Source: Berkelbacteria bacterium GW2011_GWE1_39_12
GTDB taxonomy: Bacteria > Patescibacteriota > UBA1384 > UBA12157
Length of the DNA: 64,000 nt
Direction of reading: 5' to 3'
Assembly: GCA_001029735.1 (NCBI GenBank)
Contig: CP011213.1
Span: 656,298-720,297, forward strand
Shown one piece after another: positions 1 through 9,242 of the stretch (positions are counted from its first letter, which is position 1; each line of letters begins with the position of its first letter). The notes beneath the pieces were generated by a model. The model ran no database searches. It saw only the letters and a list, made by a program, of their open reading frames with translations, and was not told the origin of the DNA. Made by a program: the position numbers and the translations under genes.

Positions 1-246
1 GTTTTACTTGCTTTAACGTGGTTCGGTTTGGTGATTTCAATGATCATATCGACGCTTCTACTTCCGCCAAGGCCGCGAGGCATGGGAAGACGTAAAAGTT
101 TTGAAATGCTGGCTCAATGGGTACTAACGCCGATTACTGCCATCTTTTTCAGTTCTCTGCCAGCAATCGATGCTCAAACTCGATTTATGCTAGGTAAATA
201 TATGACATTTTGGGTTACGGAAAAAAAGGCGGTTAAGAATGCGTAA
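1..246 (+). CDS. C-terminal fragment of a membrane protein whose start lies upstream of the window (frame open from base 1)
   Basis: Frame 1 is open from position 1 to the stop at 244-246. The hydrophobic C-terminal segment overlaps the next gene start (ATGCGTAA). Confidence 0.4.
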   Translation, partial: VLLALTWFGLVISMIISTLLLPPRPRGMGRRKSFEMLAQWVLTPITAIFFSSLPAIDAQTRFMLGKYMTFWVTEKKAVKNA

Positions 247-1954
247 ATGGCTAGTGGCTATTTTGGTGGGAGTCTTTCTAGGCGCATTTGCTTTGCAAAT
301 TTATGCTGCCAAATCTGATTCACAGACTACTGACGAAGCGATCCATCTCGTGGCAGGCTATACATATTTAACCAAAGGTGATTTTCGATTAGATCCAGAA
401 CACCCGCCTTTGATAAAAGAATTATCAGCACTGCCGTTACTCCTTGCTAACCTTCGTACAGATTTTACCTCAATGTGGGACAATGCTGGCAATTATTATT
501 ATGACTCTTGGCAAGAAGCAAGAGTATTGGGCGAAAAGCTTCTTTATGGCTGGGGGAATGATGCCGGTAAAGTTTTATTATTAGGTCGACTTGCGCCAAT
601 ATTACTCACTTTGATTTTGGGCTTTTTTGCTTTCTTTTGGGCAAAGAAATTGTATGGGGAAAAAGCCGGTGTCTTAGCGGCTTTTTTAGTTTTATTTTTT
701 CCCAATATTTTATCCCACGGTCATTTGATCAATACCGACTTAGGATTAACTTTATTTACCTTGATCGCTGTGTACTTCTGGGGTAAATTTCTAAAGCATA
801 TAAATATAAAAGAAAATTGGTTAAATTTATTATTGGCTGGGATTTTTTCAGGCCTCGCTATGGCATCCAAGTTTACTGCTATAATACTATTTTTTATTCT
901 TTTAATTTTAGCGATTGTGAAATTAGCCCAAGATAAAAAACAATATGCAACGGCGTTTTTTAGTTATTTATTAGTTTTAGTGATTTCATTTTTTGTCGTT
1001 TGGTCAACCTATGGTTTCTCATTGCAATCGCCGCCAGAAATAAAGGAGGGCTTGTCGGAAAAAGTTACTTTTGAAATTAGAAATTTTAATAAATTTTATG
1101 ATAGTTTTGATGTGTTTCAGTCAGAAAACTCCGCAGAAGTGCCAAGCCAATACAATAATGTTTATGCTTTCGTCCGTCCTGTTTTAATTCCTGCAGATTT
1201 TTTTAAAGGTTTTGTTTTTGTTACCACTCATGCTTTGGGCGGTCACGGCTCATTTCTTTTGGGTATGAATTCCAATGACGGCTGGTGGTATTATTTTCCG
1301 GTCGCTATTTTTTTTAAAACACCTATCCCGATTTTTATCTTATTTACATTGGCGATTATCTACCGAAAAAAATTAAGTGCCAAAGATAATTTTGACGAGT
1401 TGTTGTTGATAATGCCGCCGGCCATCTATTTAACGCTTGCCATGGTTTCCAAAGCTGATCTTGGTATAAGACATATTTTGCCGATTTTTCCTTTTATCTT
1501 TATTTATATTTCAAAAACGATTAATATTTTTCATTTTTCAAGAAAAAATTGGTTAAAAGTAATCGTCGCCGTCTCCGTTGTCTGGTATTTAGTAAGTGCT
1601 TTAATTTCTTTCCCTGATTATTTGTCGTACTTTAACGAATTTGCACTAGGTCCAAAAAATGGTCATAAAATTTTGACTGACTCTAATTTAGATTGGGGAC
1701 AAGATATTTATCGTGTCAAAACCTATATTGATCAAAATAATGTTGAAGTTAGTTATATGACATATCCATGGGATGGTCAGATGGCACTTAATTATTACGG
1801 CTTAAATTATCCGGAATTAAAGCCGGACAATACCAATGCAAAAGGCTATGTCATAATTTCTGCAACTTATTACGAAACGAACGCCTACAAGTGGATTAAA
1901 CAGTATCCGGCCAAACAAATTACGCCTGGTGTTTATTTGGTTGATATTAATTAA
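239..1954 (+). CDS. Polytopic membrane glycosyltransferase, GT39 (ArnT/PMT-like) family
   Basis: 571-aa ORF with about 10 hydrophobic helices in the N-terminal half and a large C-terminal soluble domain, which is the typical GT39 layout. Family call is by architecture and motif memory only. Confidence 0.55.
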   Translation: MRKWLVAILVGVFLGAFALQIYAAKSDSQTTDEAIHLVAGYTYLTKGDFRLDPEHPPLIKELSALPLLLANLRTDFTSMWDNAGNYYYDSWQEARVLGEKLLYGWGNDAGKVLLLGRLAPILLTLILGFFAFFWAKKLYGEKAGVLAAFLVLFFPNILSHGHLINTDLGLTLFTLIAVYFWGKFLKHINIKENWLNLLLAGIFSGLAMASKFTAIILFFILLILAIVKLAQDKKQYATAFFSYLLVLVISFFVVWSTYGFSLQSPPEIKEGLSEKVTFEIRNFNKFYDSFDVFQSENSAEVPSQYNNVYAFVRPVLIPADFFKGFVFVTTHALGGHGSFLLGMNSNDGWWYYFPVAIFFKTPIPIFILFTLAIIYRKKLSAKDNFDELLLIMPPAIYLTLAMVSKADLGIRHILPIFPFIFIYISKTINIFHFSRKNWLKVIVAVSVVWYLVSALISFPDYLSYFNEFALGPKNGHKILTDSNLDWGQDIYRVKTYIDQNNVEVSYMTYPWDGQMALNYYGLNYPELKPDNTNAKGYVIISATYYETNAYKWIKQYPAKQITPGVYLVDIN

Positions 1955-2044
1955 GGCCAGGTTGATTTATTGTTGGTTTTAAGATATAATTGGTATGCTA
2001 AATACGGAAAATCTATTTTTGCTATAATGAGTATGAAGATATTT

Positions 2045-2122
<78 letters not shown>

Positions 2123-2196
2123 GCGGGTGTAGCTCAATGGTAGAGCGCGAGTTTTCCAAACTTGATACGAGAGTTCGATTCTCTTCACCCGCTCCA
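2123..2196 (+). tRNA. tRNA-Gly (anticodon TCC)
   Basis: Acceptor GCGGGTG/CACCCGC, discriminator T, anticodon stem CGAGT/ACTTG with loop TTTCCAA, encoded CCA. Only 2 nt separate it from tRNA-Pro. Confidence 0.8.
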
Positions 2197-2306
2197 CTGA
2201 TTATTTTGCGCCCGTAGTAAAGCTTAAATTTTTCGAATTTGAATAGCAGGTCGCTTTCGCGCCCGTAGATAGCTAATTCTTTCAGAATTTAATAACAGTG
2301 CGCTTT
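2197..2306 (+). repeat. Two tandem ~50-nt degenerate copies of the tRNA-Arg 5' end (GCGCCCGTAG + hairpin + ...GCGC), immediately upstream of the real tRNA-Arg
   Basis: Units at 2209-2259 and 2260-2306 both start with GCGCCCGTAG, the first 10 nt of the downstream tRNA. Each then has a short hairpin with a TTCG-like loop and ends in CAG-GCGC. Confidence 0.5.
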
Positions 2307-2382
2307 GCGCCCGTAGCTCAGCGGATAGAGCGCAGGGTTTCTAACCCTAAGGTCGTAGGTTCGAGTCCTACCGGGCGCACCA
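2307..2382 (+). tRNA. tRNA-Arg (anticodon TCT)
   Basis: Acceptor GCGCCCG/CGGGCGC, anticodon loop TTTCTAA, T-loop TTCGAGT, encoded CCA. Confidence 0.85.
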
Positions 2383-2438
2383 AAATTATTATTAATTAAA
2401 CCAGCCAAAAGCTGTTTTTTGTTTCTCTAGAGGAAATT

Positions 2439-3461
2439 ATGCGTACAAAAATTATTTGTTCCATCGGTCCAAATACCGAAAGCCCAGAAAAAATTAAAGA
2501 ATTAATTGAAAACGGCATGGGTGTGGCGAGAATGAACTTCTCTCACGACAGCCATGAGAATCATGCCAAAAGAATTGATCTTGTTAGAAAATGGTCAAAA
2601 AAATTAAAGAAAAATGTCGAAATTCTTTGCGATTTACAGGGTCCAAAAATCCGAATTGCTGATTTTAAAGATGCTCCGCGAAAAATTCATGATGGACAAA
2701 AAGTTGTTTTAACATCAAATATTGCAGAAGCAGTGGACAAAGAAATCATGATAAATGATCCCTATGTTCACTCAGACGTTAAGCCAAAAGACATTATTTT
2801 AATTGAAGACGGTTTAATTGAATTGGTAGTCGAAAAAGTTATTGACCATAGGATGTATTGCAAGGTAATTCGTGGCGGTGATATTTATCCTAAAAAAGGC
2901 GTAAACTTACCACTTACTAAGACAACCACCAATTCGATTACAGATAAAGACAAAAAGGATTTAGAGTTTATTTTAACTAAGAATCCTGATTGGGTTGCGA
3001 TTTCATTTGTTCAGACTGAAGAAGATGTAAAACAGCTTCGCCAGCTAATGGGCAACAGCAAAGCTCGTGTTATGTGTAAAATTGAAACTGCTGTTGCCTT
3101 CGATAATATCGATTCCATTATTCGGGCAGCTGACGGCATTATGGTGGCAAGAGGCGATTTAGGTGTAGAAATGCCATTTGAAAAGTTACCAATTTTACAA
3201 AAACAAATCATAAAAAGATGCAATTACGAGGGTAAGCCGGTGGTAACTGCGACTCAAATGCTTTCCTCAATGGTTTCAGCCCCATTCGCCACTCGCGCTG
3301 AAGTTTCAGATATTGCGAATGCTGTTTACGACGGAACTGATGCAGTTATGATGTCAAATGAAACAACTGTTGGCAAATATCCAGTTGAAGCATTAATTAC
3401 AATGAGAAAAGTTGTTGAAGCGATTGAAGATTACATCTATCATCGAGAAAACAAACTGTAA
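2439..3461 (+). CDS. pyk: Pyruvate kinase (short form, 340 aa, lacks the C-terminal regulatory domain)
   Basis: N-terminus TKIICSIGP...GMGVARMNFSHDSHENH matches the pyruvate kinase signature TKIVCTIGP...GMNVARLNFSHG. The alpha/beta barrel and cap domain are present. Confidence 0.8.
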   Translation: MRTKIICSIGPNTESPEKIKELIENGMGVARMNFSHDSHENHAKRIDLVRKWSKKLKKNVEILCDLQGPKIRIADFKDAPRKIHDGQKVVLTSNIAEAVDKEIMINDPYVHSDVKPKDIILIEDGLIELVVEKVIDHRMYCKVIRGGDIYPKKGVNLPLTKTTTNSITDKDKKDLEFILTKNPDWVAISFVQTEEDVKQLRQLMGNSKARVMCKIETAVAFDNIDSIIRAADGIMVARGDLGVEMPFEKLPILQKQIIKRCNYEGKPVVTATQMLSSMVSAPFATRAEVSDIANAVYDGTDAVMMSNETTVGKYPVEALITMRKVVEAIEDYIYHRENKL

Positions 3462-3508
3462 AATTTAGCTTGAGAAAATGCCCTTTTTCTGGTAGAATAA
3501 GGGAGTAT

Positions 3509-3584
3509 GGTGGTCGTAGCTCAATGGCAGAGCTCCAGTTTGTGGCACTGGAGGTTGACGGTTCGAGTCCGTTCGACCACCCCA
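3509..3584 (+). tRNA. tRNA-His (anticodon GTG) with extra 5' G(-1)
   Basis: G(-1)+GTGGTCG acceptor pairing CGACCAC, discriminator C, anticodon loop TTGTGGC, T-loop TTCGAGT, encoded CCA. Confidence 0.85.
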
Positions 3585-3716
3585 CAAAAAATCAAGGTGT
3601 TAAAGCCTTGATTTTTTGTATCTGTATTGTTGAGAATTTTCTAAACTTGTATAATAAGAATGTATTAATTAAGAAAAAAGAAAATTGCGCGGCAGTAAAG
3701 CAAATAAAGGAGAACG

Positions 3717-4073
3717 ATGTTGTATACTATTACCAGGTGGATTATCAATGCTTTAGTCTTAATGGTGATTCCTTATTATGTAAGGGGCGTGGAAATCGGT
3801 AATTTTCTCACAGCATTGATTGCGTCTTTAGCCTTGGCACTGGTTAACTCGGTTATTAGACCTATTATACTCTTGCTAACACTACCATTGAACGTATTAA
3901 CGCTGGGTCTTTTTACTTTTGTGATAAATGGTTTGATGTTCTGGTTTGTTGCTTCTTTTGTGAAGGGCTTTGATATCTCAGGGTTTTGGCCGGCATTTTG
4001 GGCTGCCCTGGTTTATTCAATATTTTCTATTGTAATAAATTACTTTATTGGGCCAAAAGAAGAAAGAATTTAA
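3717..4073 (+). CDS. DUF360 / YvlD-like small 4-TM membrane protein ('phage holin family IV' fold)
   Basis: 118 aa with four hydrophobic helices and an N-terminal WIINALVL...P..V.G pattern typical of DUF360. Confidence 0.5.
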   Translation: MLYTITRWIINALVLMVIPYYVRGVEIGNFLTALIASLALALVNSVIRPIILLLTLPLNVLTLGLFTFVINGLMFWFVASFVKGFDISGFWPAFWAALVYSIFSIVINYFIGPKEERI

Positions 4074-4078
4074 TAAAT

Positions 4079-4984
4079 ATGACCGTTATTGAAGTTAAAA
4101 ATCTAAGTAAAAGTTTTGGTAAAGTTAGGGCTGTCGAAGATCTAAATTTTTCAGTGGAAAAGGGTGAGATATTCGGTTTTTTGGGCCCGAATGGTGCTGG
4201 TAAAACCACGACAATAAGATGTATCATGGATTTTGTTAAACCCACAAGTGGTGAAATTAAACTATTGGATAGGAATGCTAACATCAACTCGCACTGCCTA
4301 AAAAATAAGATCGGTTATTTGCCGGGCAATGTTAAACTTTATGAGTCCTGGTCAGGGAGTGATCATTTTTCTCTTTTAGAAGCGATAAGTGGGAAATCTA
4401 ATAATCTATCCATGCTTGTTGAAAAATTAGACTTTAATCCTGGAATGAAAGCATACCAACTTTCTAGTGGAAATCGCCAAAAATTGGGTTTAATTATGGC
4501 ACTTATGCATGAACCAGAAATACTAATCATGGACGAGCCCACTGTCGGATTAGACCCTTTATTACAAAACACGATTTACGATATTCTAGAAGATCTAAGA
4601 TCCAAGGGAACAAGTATTTTTATGTCTTCGCATAATTTACCTGAAGTGGAAAGGCTTTGTAACCGAGTTGGAATAATAAAAGACGGAAAGATGATCGCTC
4701 AAGAAAGTATTGATAACCTAAGATCAAAACGGATTCACAGAATTACGATTAATTTTAATGATAAATTTGCAATACAGGATTTTGTTTTTGATAGCGTAGA
4801 AGTTGTTGAAACTTTTCCTGATAGAATTGTCCTTTCGACAAAGGGAGACATCAATCCTTTGATAAAAAAGCTTTCAAATTACGAAATTCAAGATATTAGT
4901 ATTGAGCATGCTTCATTAGAAGAGGTGTTTCTGGAATTTTATGCGAAAGACAAGACTCAAAAGGAGGATAAATGTGGTCAATAA
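4079..4984 (+). CDS. ABC transporter ATP-binding protein (ABC-2 type)
   Basis: Walker A GPNGAGKTT, signature LSSGNRQKL, Walker B ILIMDEPTVGLD. ATG at 4079 chosen over the upstream ORF start. Confidence 0.85.
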   Translation: MTVIEVKNLSKSFGKVRAVEDLNFSVEKGEIFGFLGPNGAGKTTTIRCIMDFVKPTSGEIKLLDRNANINSHCLKNKIGYLPGNVKLYESWSGSDHFSLLEAISGKSNNLSMLVEKLDFNPGMKAYQLSSGNRQKLGLIMALMHEPEILIMDEPTVGLDPLLQNTIYDILEDLRSKGTSIFMSSHNLPEVERLCNRVGIIKDGKMIAQESIDNLRSKRIHRITINFNDKFAIQDFVFDSVEVVETFPDRIVLSTKGDINPLIKKLSNYEIQDISIEHASLEEVFLEFYAKDKTQKEDKCGQ

Positions 4985-5772
4985 TAAAAAGAAATTTCAG
5001 GGACAGAAGGGGATCGCTATTGATATATAGCGCCTTTTCGGTAGCACTACTTTGGATGTATATTGCCCTATATCCTTCATTTTCAAATCAAACTGGCTCT
5101 TTGGAACAACTGATAGCATCTTACCCCGAAGGTTTTTTAAAAGCTTTTAATTTCGACATAAAAAGTTTTACAACGGTCGAAGGTTTTTTGGCAACGGAAC
5201 AATTTTCTTTTGTGTGGCCGCTGCTTGTAATACTTTTATCGTTAAGTTTCTCGGGAAGTGCTTTTTCTGGTGAAATTGAGGATGGGACAATGCAGATTCT
5301 CTTATCTCAGCCAATAAGTCGACTCAAACTTTTTTTTAGTAAATATCTATCCGGGCTTTTGATGATAATTCTCTTTACTTTTATATCTATCTACACGGTC
5401 ATTCCTTTAAATATGATATATGACATTCCCTATAAATCCGATAATTTCTTTACTTTGATGATTTTGGCTTTGCTCTTTGCGTGGTCAATTTATTCAATTG
5501 GCATTTTTTTCTCTTCAATCTTTTCTAAAAAAGGTAAAGTTTTGTTTGTTACGGGAATGATTTTAGTTGTAATGTATGTGTTGAATATAATTTCGAGCAT
5601 CAAAGATAGTTTGAGTGATTTGAAATATTTTTCTTTTTTTTATTATTTCAATCCAGCAAAAGCACTTGTATATAACCAGGTTGACTACTGGTCTTATTTG
5701 GCTTTTGGTATAGTTATTATCTTTTGTAGTGTGGCGGGTTTGATCTATTTTAACAAAAGAGATGCTATTTAG
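4972..5772 (+). CDS. ABC-2 family transporter permease
   Basis: 266-aa six-helix hydrophobic protein that overlaps the stop of the upstream ATPase. Confidence 0.6.
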   Translation: MWSIIKRNFRDRRGSLLIYSAFSVALLWMYIALYPSFSNQTGSLEQLIASYPEGFLKAFNFDIKSFTTVEGFLATEQFSFVWPLLVILLSLSFSGSAFSGEIEDGTMQILLSQPISRLKLFFSKYLSGLLMIILFTFISIYTVIPLNMIYDIPYKSDNFFTLMILALLFAWSIYSIGIFFSSIFSKKGKVLFVTGMILVVMYVLNIISSIKDSLSDLKYFSFFYYFNPAKALVYNQVDYWSYLAFGIVIIFCSVAGLIYFNKRDAI

Positions 5773-5799
5773 CACATCTCTTTTATTAGTTTTGAGTTT

Positions 5800-6696
5800 T
5801 TAATTTGAGGGTTCTACATTGATACTTGACGCACCGGCACTAATAGTCAAAGTTATTTTGGTATTTGTTTGATCAAAATTAGGGCTTAGGTATGTTTGAT
5901 TATCGATTTTATTATAACCTTCAAAGTTCTTGCCCGTAAGCCCTGTTTTAGCGATAATCTTAACACCTAATTCTTTTGGCGTTTTGATAGTCACGCTGGA
6001 AGCTCCTGTTTCAATGCTTATATTACTTCCGTTTATTACTTCCCCAAGCGTAATATTCATACTTGAAGCACCACTATTTACGTCCAAATTACTTAAAGAA
6101 ATTTTTGAAAAATCTAAGTTCATACTTGCTGCGCCAGCGTTAATAATTAAATCAATTGGAATTTTATCTGTTATTTCGATATTTAATATATTTTTGCCCC
6201 AGACAGAATTGTTAATCTTTGTACTCTTTAAAATAACCGTTGCAGTATCGCCTGATATTGTGGTACTTATATCTGGCTGGTTGTAATTGGAAACTAGGTT
6301 TCCATTAATCAGTTGATTACCATTATCTTTGATATTTAATTCGACTGCGCCTGTGTTGATGATTATTTTCGCTTTTTTTACCTCAGACGGTAAATTCTGC
6401 GAAAAATCATAGGTCTGGCTCGGTCTAGAGAAGATGCGGTTATCTTTATTGACTTTAAAATCACTCGCATTTAATGACACAAAATATATTAGCGCAATAG
6501 CCGCAATAAATGAAATAAGAATAATTAACCAGTTGAACCTGATATGTCTTACCATTAATGTAATACCAAAGAGAATTAATATTAATGGCCAAAATTTTGA
6601 TAATTGGTCAAAATTATCAAATCCCCAAACATTGAAATTTTGTCCAAGAATTATTAAACCGATCACCAAAATTAATAAGCCCCAAAACCATTTCAT
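5800..6696 (-). CDS. LiaF/YvlB-like protein: N-terminal TM helices plus C-terminal DUF4097-type beta-strand repeat domain
   Basis: Three to four TM helices, then repeated G-A-S-S-(M/V/I)-N/T units (GASSMNLD, GASSMNIT, GASSVTIK, GASSINVE) typical of the LiaF C-terminal or DUF4097 fold. Confidence 0.6.
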   Translation of the reverse strand: MKWFWGLLILVIGLIILGQNFNVWGFDNFDQLSKFWPLILILFGITLMVRHIRFNWLIILISFIAAIALIYFVSLNASDFKVNKDNRIFSRPSQTYDFSQNLPSEVKKAKIIINTGAVELNIKDNGNQLINGNLVSNYNQPDISTTISGDTATVILKSTKINNSVWGKNILNIEITDKIPIDLIINAGAASMNLDFSKISLSNLDVNSGASSMNITLGEVINGSNISIETGASSVTIKTPKELGVKIIAKTGLTGKNFEGYNKIDNQTYLSPNFDQTNTKITLTISAGASSINVEPSN

Positions 6697-6740
6697 ATTT
6701 TCTCCTTAGAAAATTTCGCGATAAGTTTTAACTTAGCCAT
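6693..6740 (-). CDS. 15-aa upstream leader mini-ORF (MAKLKLIAKFSKEKI) overlapping the LiaF-like start by ATGA
   Basis: Has its own SD (AAAGGAGAACAT-ATG) and stops at a TGA sharing bases with the main ATG. It is made from a duplicated copy of the main gene's RBS region. Confidence 0.3.
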   Translation of the reverse strand: MAKLKLIAKFSKEKI

Positions 6741-6787
6741 ATGTTCTCCTTTAGAAAAATCCGCGATAATTTTTAATAAAAAATTGT

Positions 6788-7276
6788 CTATTCTGCTTTC
6801 TTTCGTCCGCTTGAAATAATAATTAAGCCGATTGTAATCAGTATTAATGGCCAGAATCTGCCCCAGCTAAACCATGGGAAAATATTGTTAAACAATAGCA
6901 TTAAACCGAAAACCAGAACAATCAAGCCGAAAATTATACTGCCGGATTTTTTCTCGTGATCATACTGATTAGCATAATTATTAGATTTATACTTTACCTC
7001 TTCAGCAACTGATCTAGTATTCGCTTGGAATTTATCTTTGATTTTTTCTTTATCTTTTTTTAGATCTTTTGCTTCTTTTTCGATTTCGTCCCCGTTTTCA
7101 TCGGGAATAAGGAAAATTCCTAAAATATAAAGAATTACACCGATACCGCCCCAAATAGTTAAAATTATAAAAATAATACGGACAATAACAGGATCGATCT
7201 CAAAATATTCGCCTAAACCTTGGGCGACGCCAAAAAGCACCCTTCCTTTTTTTGGTCTAACTAATTCCTTGGTCAT
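6788..7276 (-). CDS. PspC-domain membrane protein (phage-shock protein C family / YvlC-like)
   Basis: N-terminal VLFGVAQGLGEYFEIDPVIVRIIFIIL is the PspC domain signature. A TM helix and a charged linker follow. Confidence 0.75.
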   Translation of the reverse strand: MTKELVRPKKGRVLFGVAQGLGEYFEIDPVIVRIIFIILTIWGGIGVILYILGIFLIPDENGDEIEKEAKDLKKDKEKIKDKFQANTRSVAEEVKYKSNNYANQYDHEKKSGSIIFGLIVLVFGLMLLFNNIFPWFSWGRFWPLILITIGLIIISSGRKKAE

Positions 7277-7294
7277 ACGTCTCCTAATATTAAT

Positions 7295-7990
7295 TTATTT
7301 ATTATCTAATCCAATCAAATCATAAATTTTTTCAGAAGGAATATCAATGTATTTTCCGACAGGAATTCCATCCAGCTTTATTTTCCCAATTCTTATTCTA
7401 ACCAGCTTGGTGACATTTAGGTTGAAATTTTCGCACATTCTACGCACCTGGCGTTTGCGACCTTCAACAATGGTAATACGAAAGCTTCTTTCACTTAATT
7501 TTTCTAGCTTTGCCGGCAAGGTTTTTCGGCCTTCCAACATTATGCCATTTCTTAATTTATTTAAGAAAGTTTCATCGATTGTTTTATCCACTGAAACTTC
7601 GTATTCCTTTTCAACTACTTTCCCTTTGAGAATTTTTTGCGTTAAATCACCGTCGTTTGTCAAAAGGATTAATCCCTCAGACTTGACGTCTAATCTTCCA
7701 ACTGGAAAGACTCGCTCCGGAATCTTAATATAGCTCATTATATTATCTTTGGCGGTTGTATCTGTGGTGCTGATCACCCCTAACGGTTTATTAAAAGCTA
7801 AATAGATATTTTTAGGTTTTGTGTGAGGGATAATTTTTTTATCAACTGATACTTCATCATTGTCACTAACTTTATCTGTCGCAATTGCAATACGACCATT
7901 AATAAAGACTCGTTTCTCTTTAATTAGACGATCTGCTTGTCTTCGTGAGCAAAGGCCAGACGAAGAAATAAATTTATTAATGTTTGTCAT
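7295..7990 (-). CDS. rRNA pseudouridine synthase (RsuA/RluB family, S4 domain + catalytic domain)
   Basis: S4 motif LCSRRQADRLI near the N-terminus and the catalytic motif VGRLDVKSEGLILLTNDG. Confidence 0.8.
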   Translation of the reverse strand: MTNINKFISSSGLCSRRQADRLIKEKRVFINGRIAIATDKVSDNDEVSVDKKIIPHTKPKNIYLAFNKPLGVISTTDTTAKDNIMSYIKIPERVFPVGRLDVKSEGLILLTNDGDLTQKILKGKVVEKEYEVSVDKTIDETFLNKLRNGIMLEGRKTLPAKLEKLSERSFRITIVEGRKRQVRRMCENFNLNVTKLVRIRIGKIKLDGIPVGKYIDIPSEKIYDLIGLDNK

Positions 7991-8025
7991 ATTTTTGTAA
8001 TTTTCGCAATCAAATTTATCATTTA

Positions 8026-8619
8026 TTATTTATCTTTGATTTCAATTTTTTCAATTTTATCGCCGACGGCAATTTGCTTAACTACATCAATACCGGAAGT
8101 CACTTTACCAAATAGACTGTACTGCTTTGGAAGTGAGGGAAGGTTATCTAGACATATAAAAAATTGAGAGCCGTTAGTATCTGGGCCTGAATTGGCCATA
8201 GCAACAGAACCGAGTTCGTAATCGCCTTGTACGGTTTCATCTTCAAACTTGTATCCTGGGCCACCAGTGCCATTACCATTTGGATCTCCGCCTTGGATCA
8301 CGAAGCCTGGTTCAACACGATGAAAAGTTAAGCCATCGTAAAACTTACTATTTGCCAGATAGACAAAATTACTGACAGTTTTTGGTGACTTGTCAGCGAA
8401 GAGTTCAAATTCAATCACGCCTTTATTGGTAGTAATGACTGCTTTTTTGTTTTCGATTTTGTCTTTGCTTAAGATTCCGGGAAAACTTAGGTTCATGATT
8501 GGGTCCTTGCTAGTACCATTAATTGGCTCATCAGATACTTGGCTATCACAGCCGCTGAATAAAAATAAAAAGCCGATAATTAGTGGTAGTAAAAATAATT
8601 TTTTATACATTGTAATCAC
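8026..8619 (-). CDS. Peptidyl-prolyl cis-trans isomerase, cyclophilin type, lipoprotein
   Basis: Lipobox LFSGC after a signal peptide, plus cyclophilin motifs FHRVEPGFVIQGGDP and FFICL. Confidence 0.85.
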   Translation of the reverse strand: MITMYKKLFLLPLIIGFLFLFSGCDSQVSDEPINGTSKDPIMNLSFPGILSKDKIENKKAVITTNKGVIEFELFADKSPKTVSNFVYLANSKFYDGLTFHRVEPGFVIQGGDPNGNGTGGPGYKFEDETVQGDYELGSVAMANSGPDTNGSQFFICLDNLPSLPKQYSLFGKVTSGIDVVKQIAVGDKIEKIEIKDK

Positions 8620-8754
8620 ATTTTACAACTTAACAGATGTTTTTTCAAGTCTTGGTAATTAAAAAATCCGCTTTGAGAAATCTTTCGATAAATCTTAGCG
8701 GATCTTTTAATTCCTTGTTCCAAAAGGTTAAAAACCTTTAGAAACAAGCTCTAC

Positions 8755-9024
8755 TTAGCGTCGTTCGCGCATTGGTCTGGCAACGTTGACGGTCAAAGGT
8801 CGACCTTCAATTTCTTTGCCATTCATGGCTTCGACAGCTTTGTTTGCAGCTTCTTCATCTTTTAATGTGACGAAGCCGAAACCTTTTGAGCGTCCGGAAA
8901 ATTTGTCAGTGATGACTTTGGCTTCAACTACTTCACCGAATTCGGCGAAAAGTTGTCCCAAACCTTCATCATTGGTGCTGTATGGGAGGTTTCCAACATA
9001 CAGTTTGTTCTTTTGTTCTTCCAT
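8755..9024 (-). CDS. RRM-type RNA-binding protein
   Basis: RNP2 KLYVGNL and RNP1 KGFGFVTL motifs in an 89-aa protein. A long structured 5' UTR and a terminator hairpin sit at 8655-8700. Confidence 0.8.
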   Translation of the reverse strand: MEEQKNKLYVGNLPYSTNDEGLGQLFAEFGEVVEAKVITDKFSGRSKGFGFVTLKDEEAANKAVEAMNGKEIEGRPLTVNVARPMRERR

Positions 9025-9242
9025 TTTTCTTTCTTACTCTACCTATAAAGGCAGAGTGGAATTTTACTAATCGACCCCGGTTGACTTTCTCGGGGTATTT
9101 GCATACGCACGAGTACTTTCAATCCGTCGCTACAATCATAACATAGATAAGAGGCAATGTCAAGGTCTGAAACAGGTTTGAAAGATTGACTTTTCTAAAA
9201 ACATTAGGTAGAATATATAAGTTAGTACAAATGAGGAGAAAT

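Noticed and set aside
3397-3802. ORFs 3397-3585(-) and 3470-3802(+)
   Set aside because: Both span tRNA-His and its flanks with no RBS. Spurious.
5930-6709. Plus-strand ORFs 5930-6286 and 6434-6709
   Set aside because: Antisense to the well-supported LiaF-like gene. Their repetitive translation mirrors its beta-repeat region.
9186-9242. Upstream extension of typA from ATG 9186
   Set aside because: ATG at 9243 has a proper SD (GAGGAGAA) and matches the conserved TypA N-terminus. The extension is not conserved-looking.
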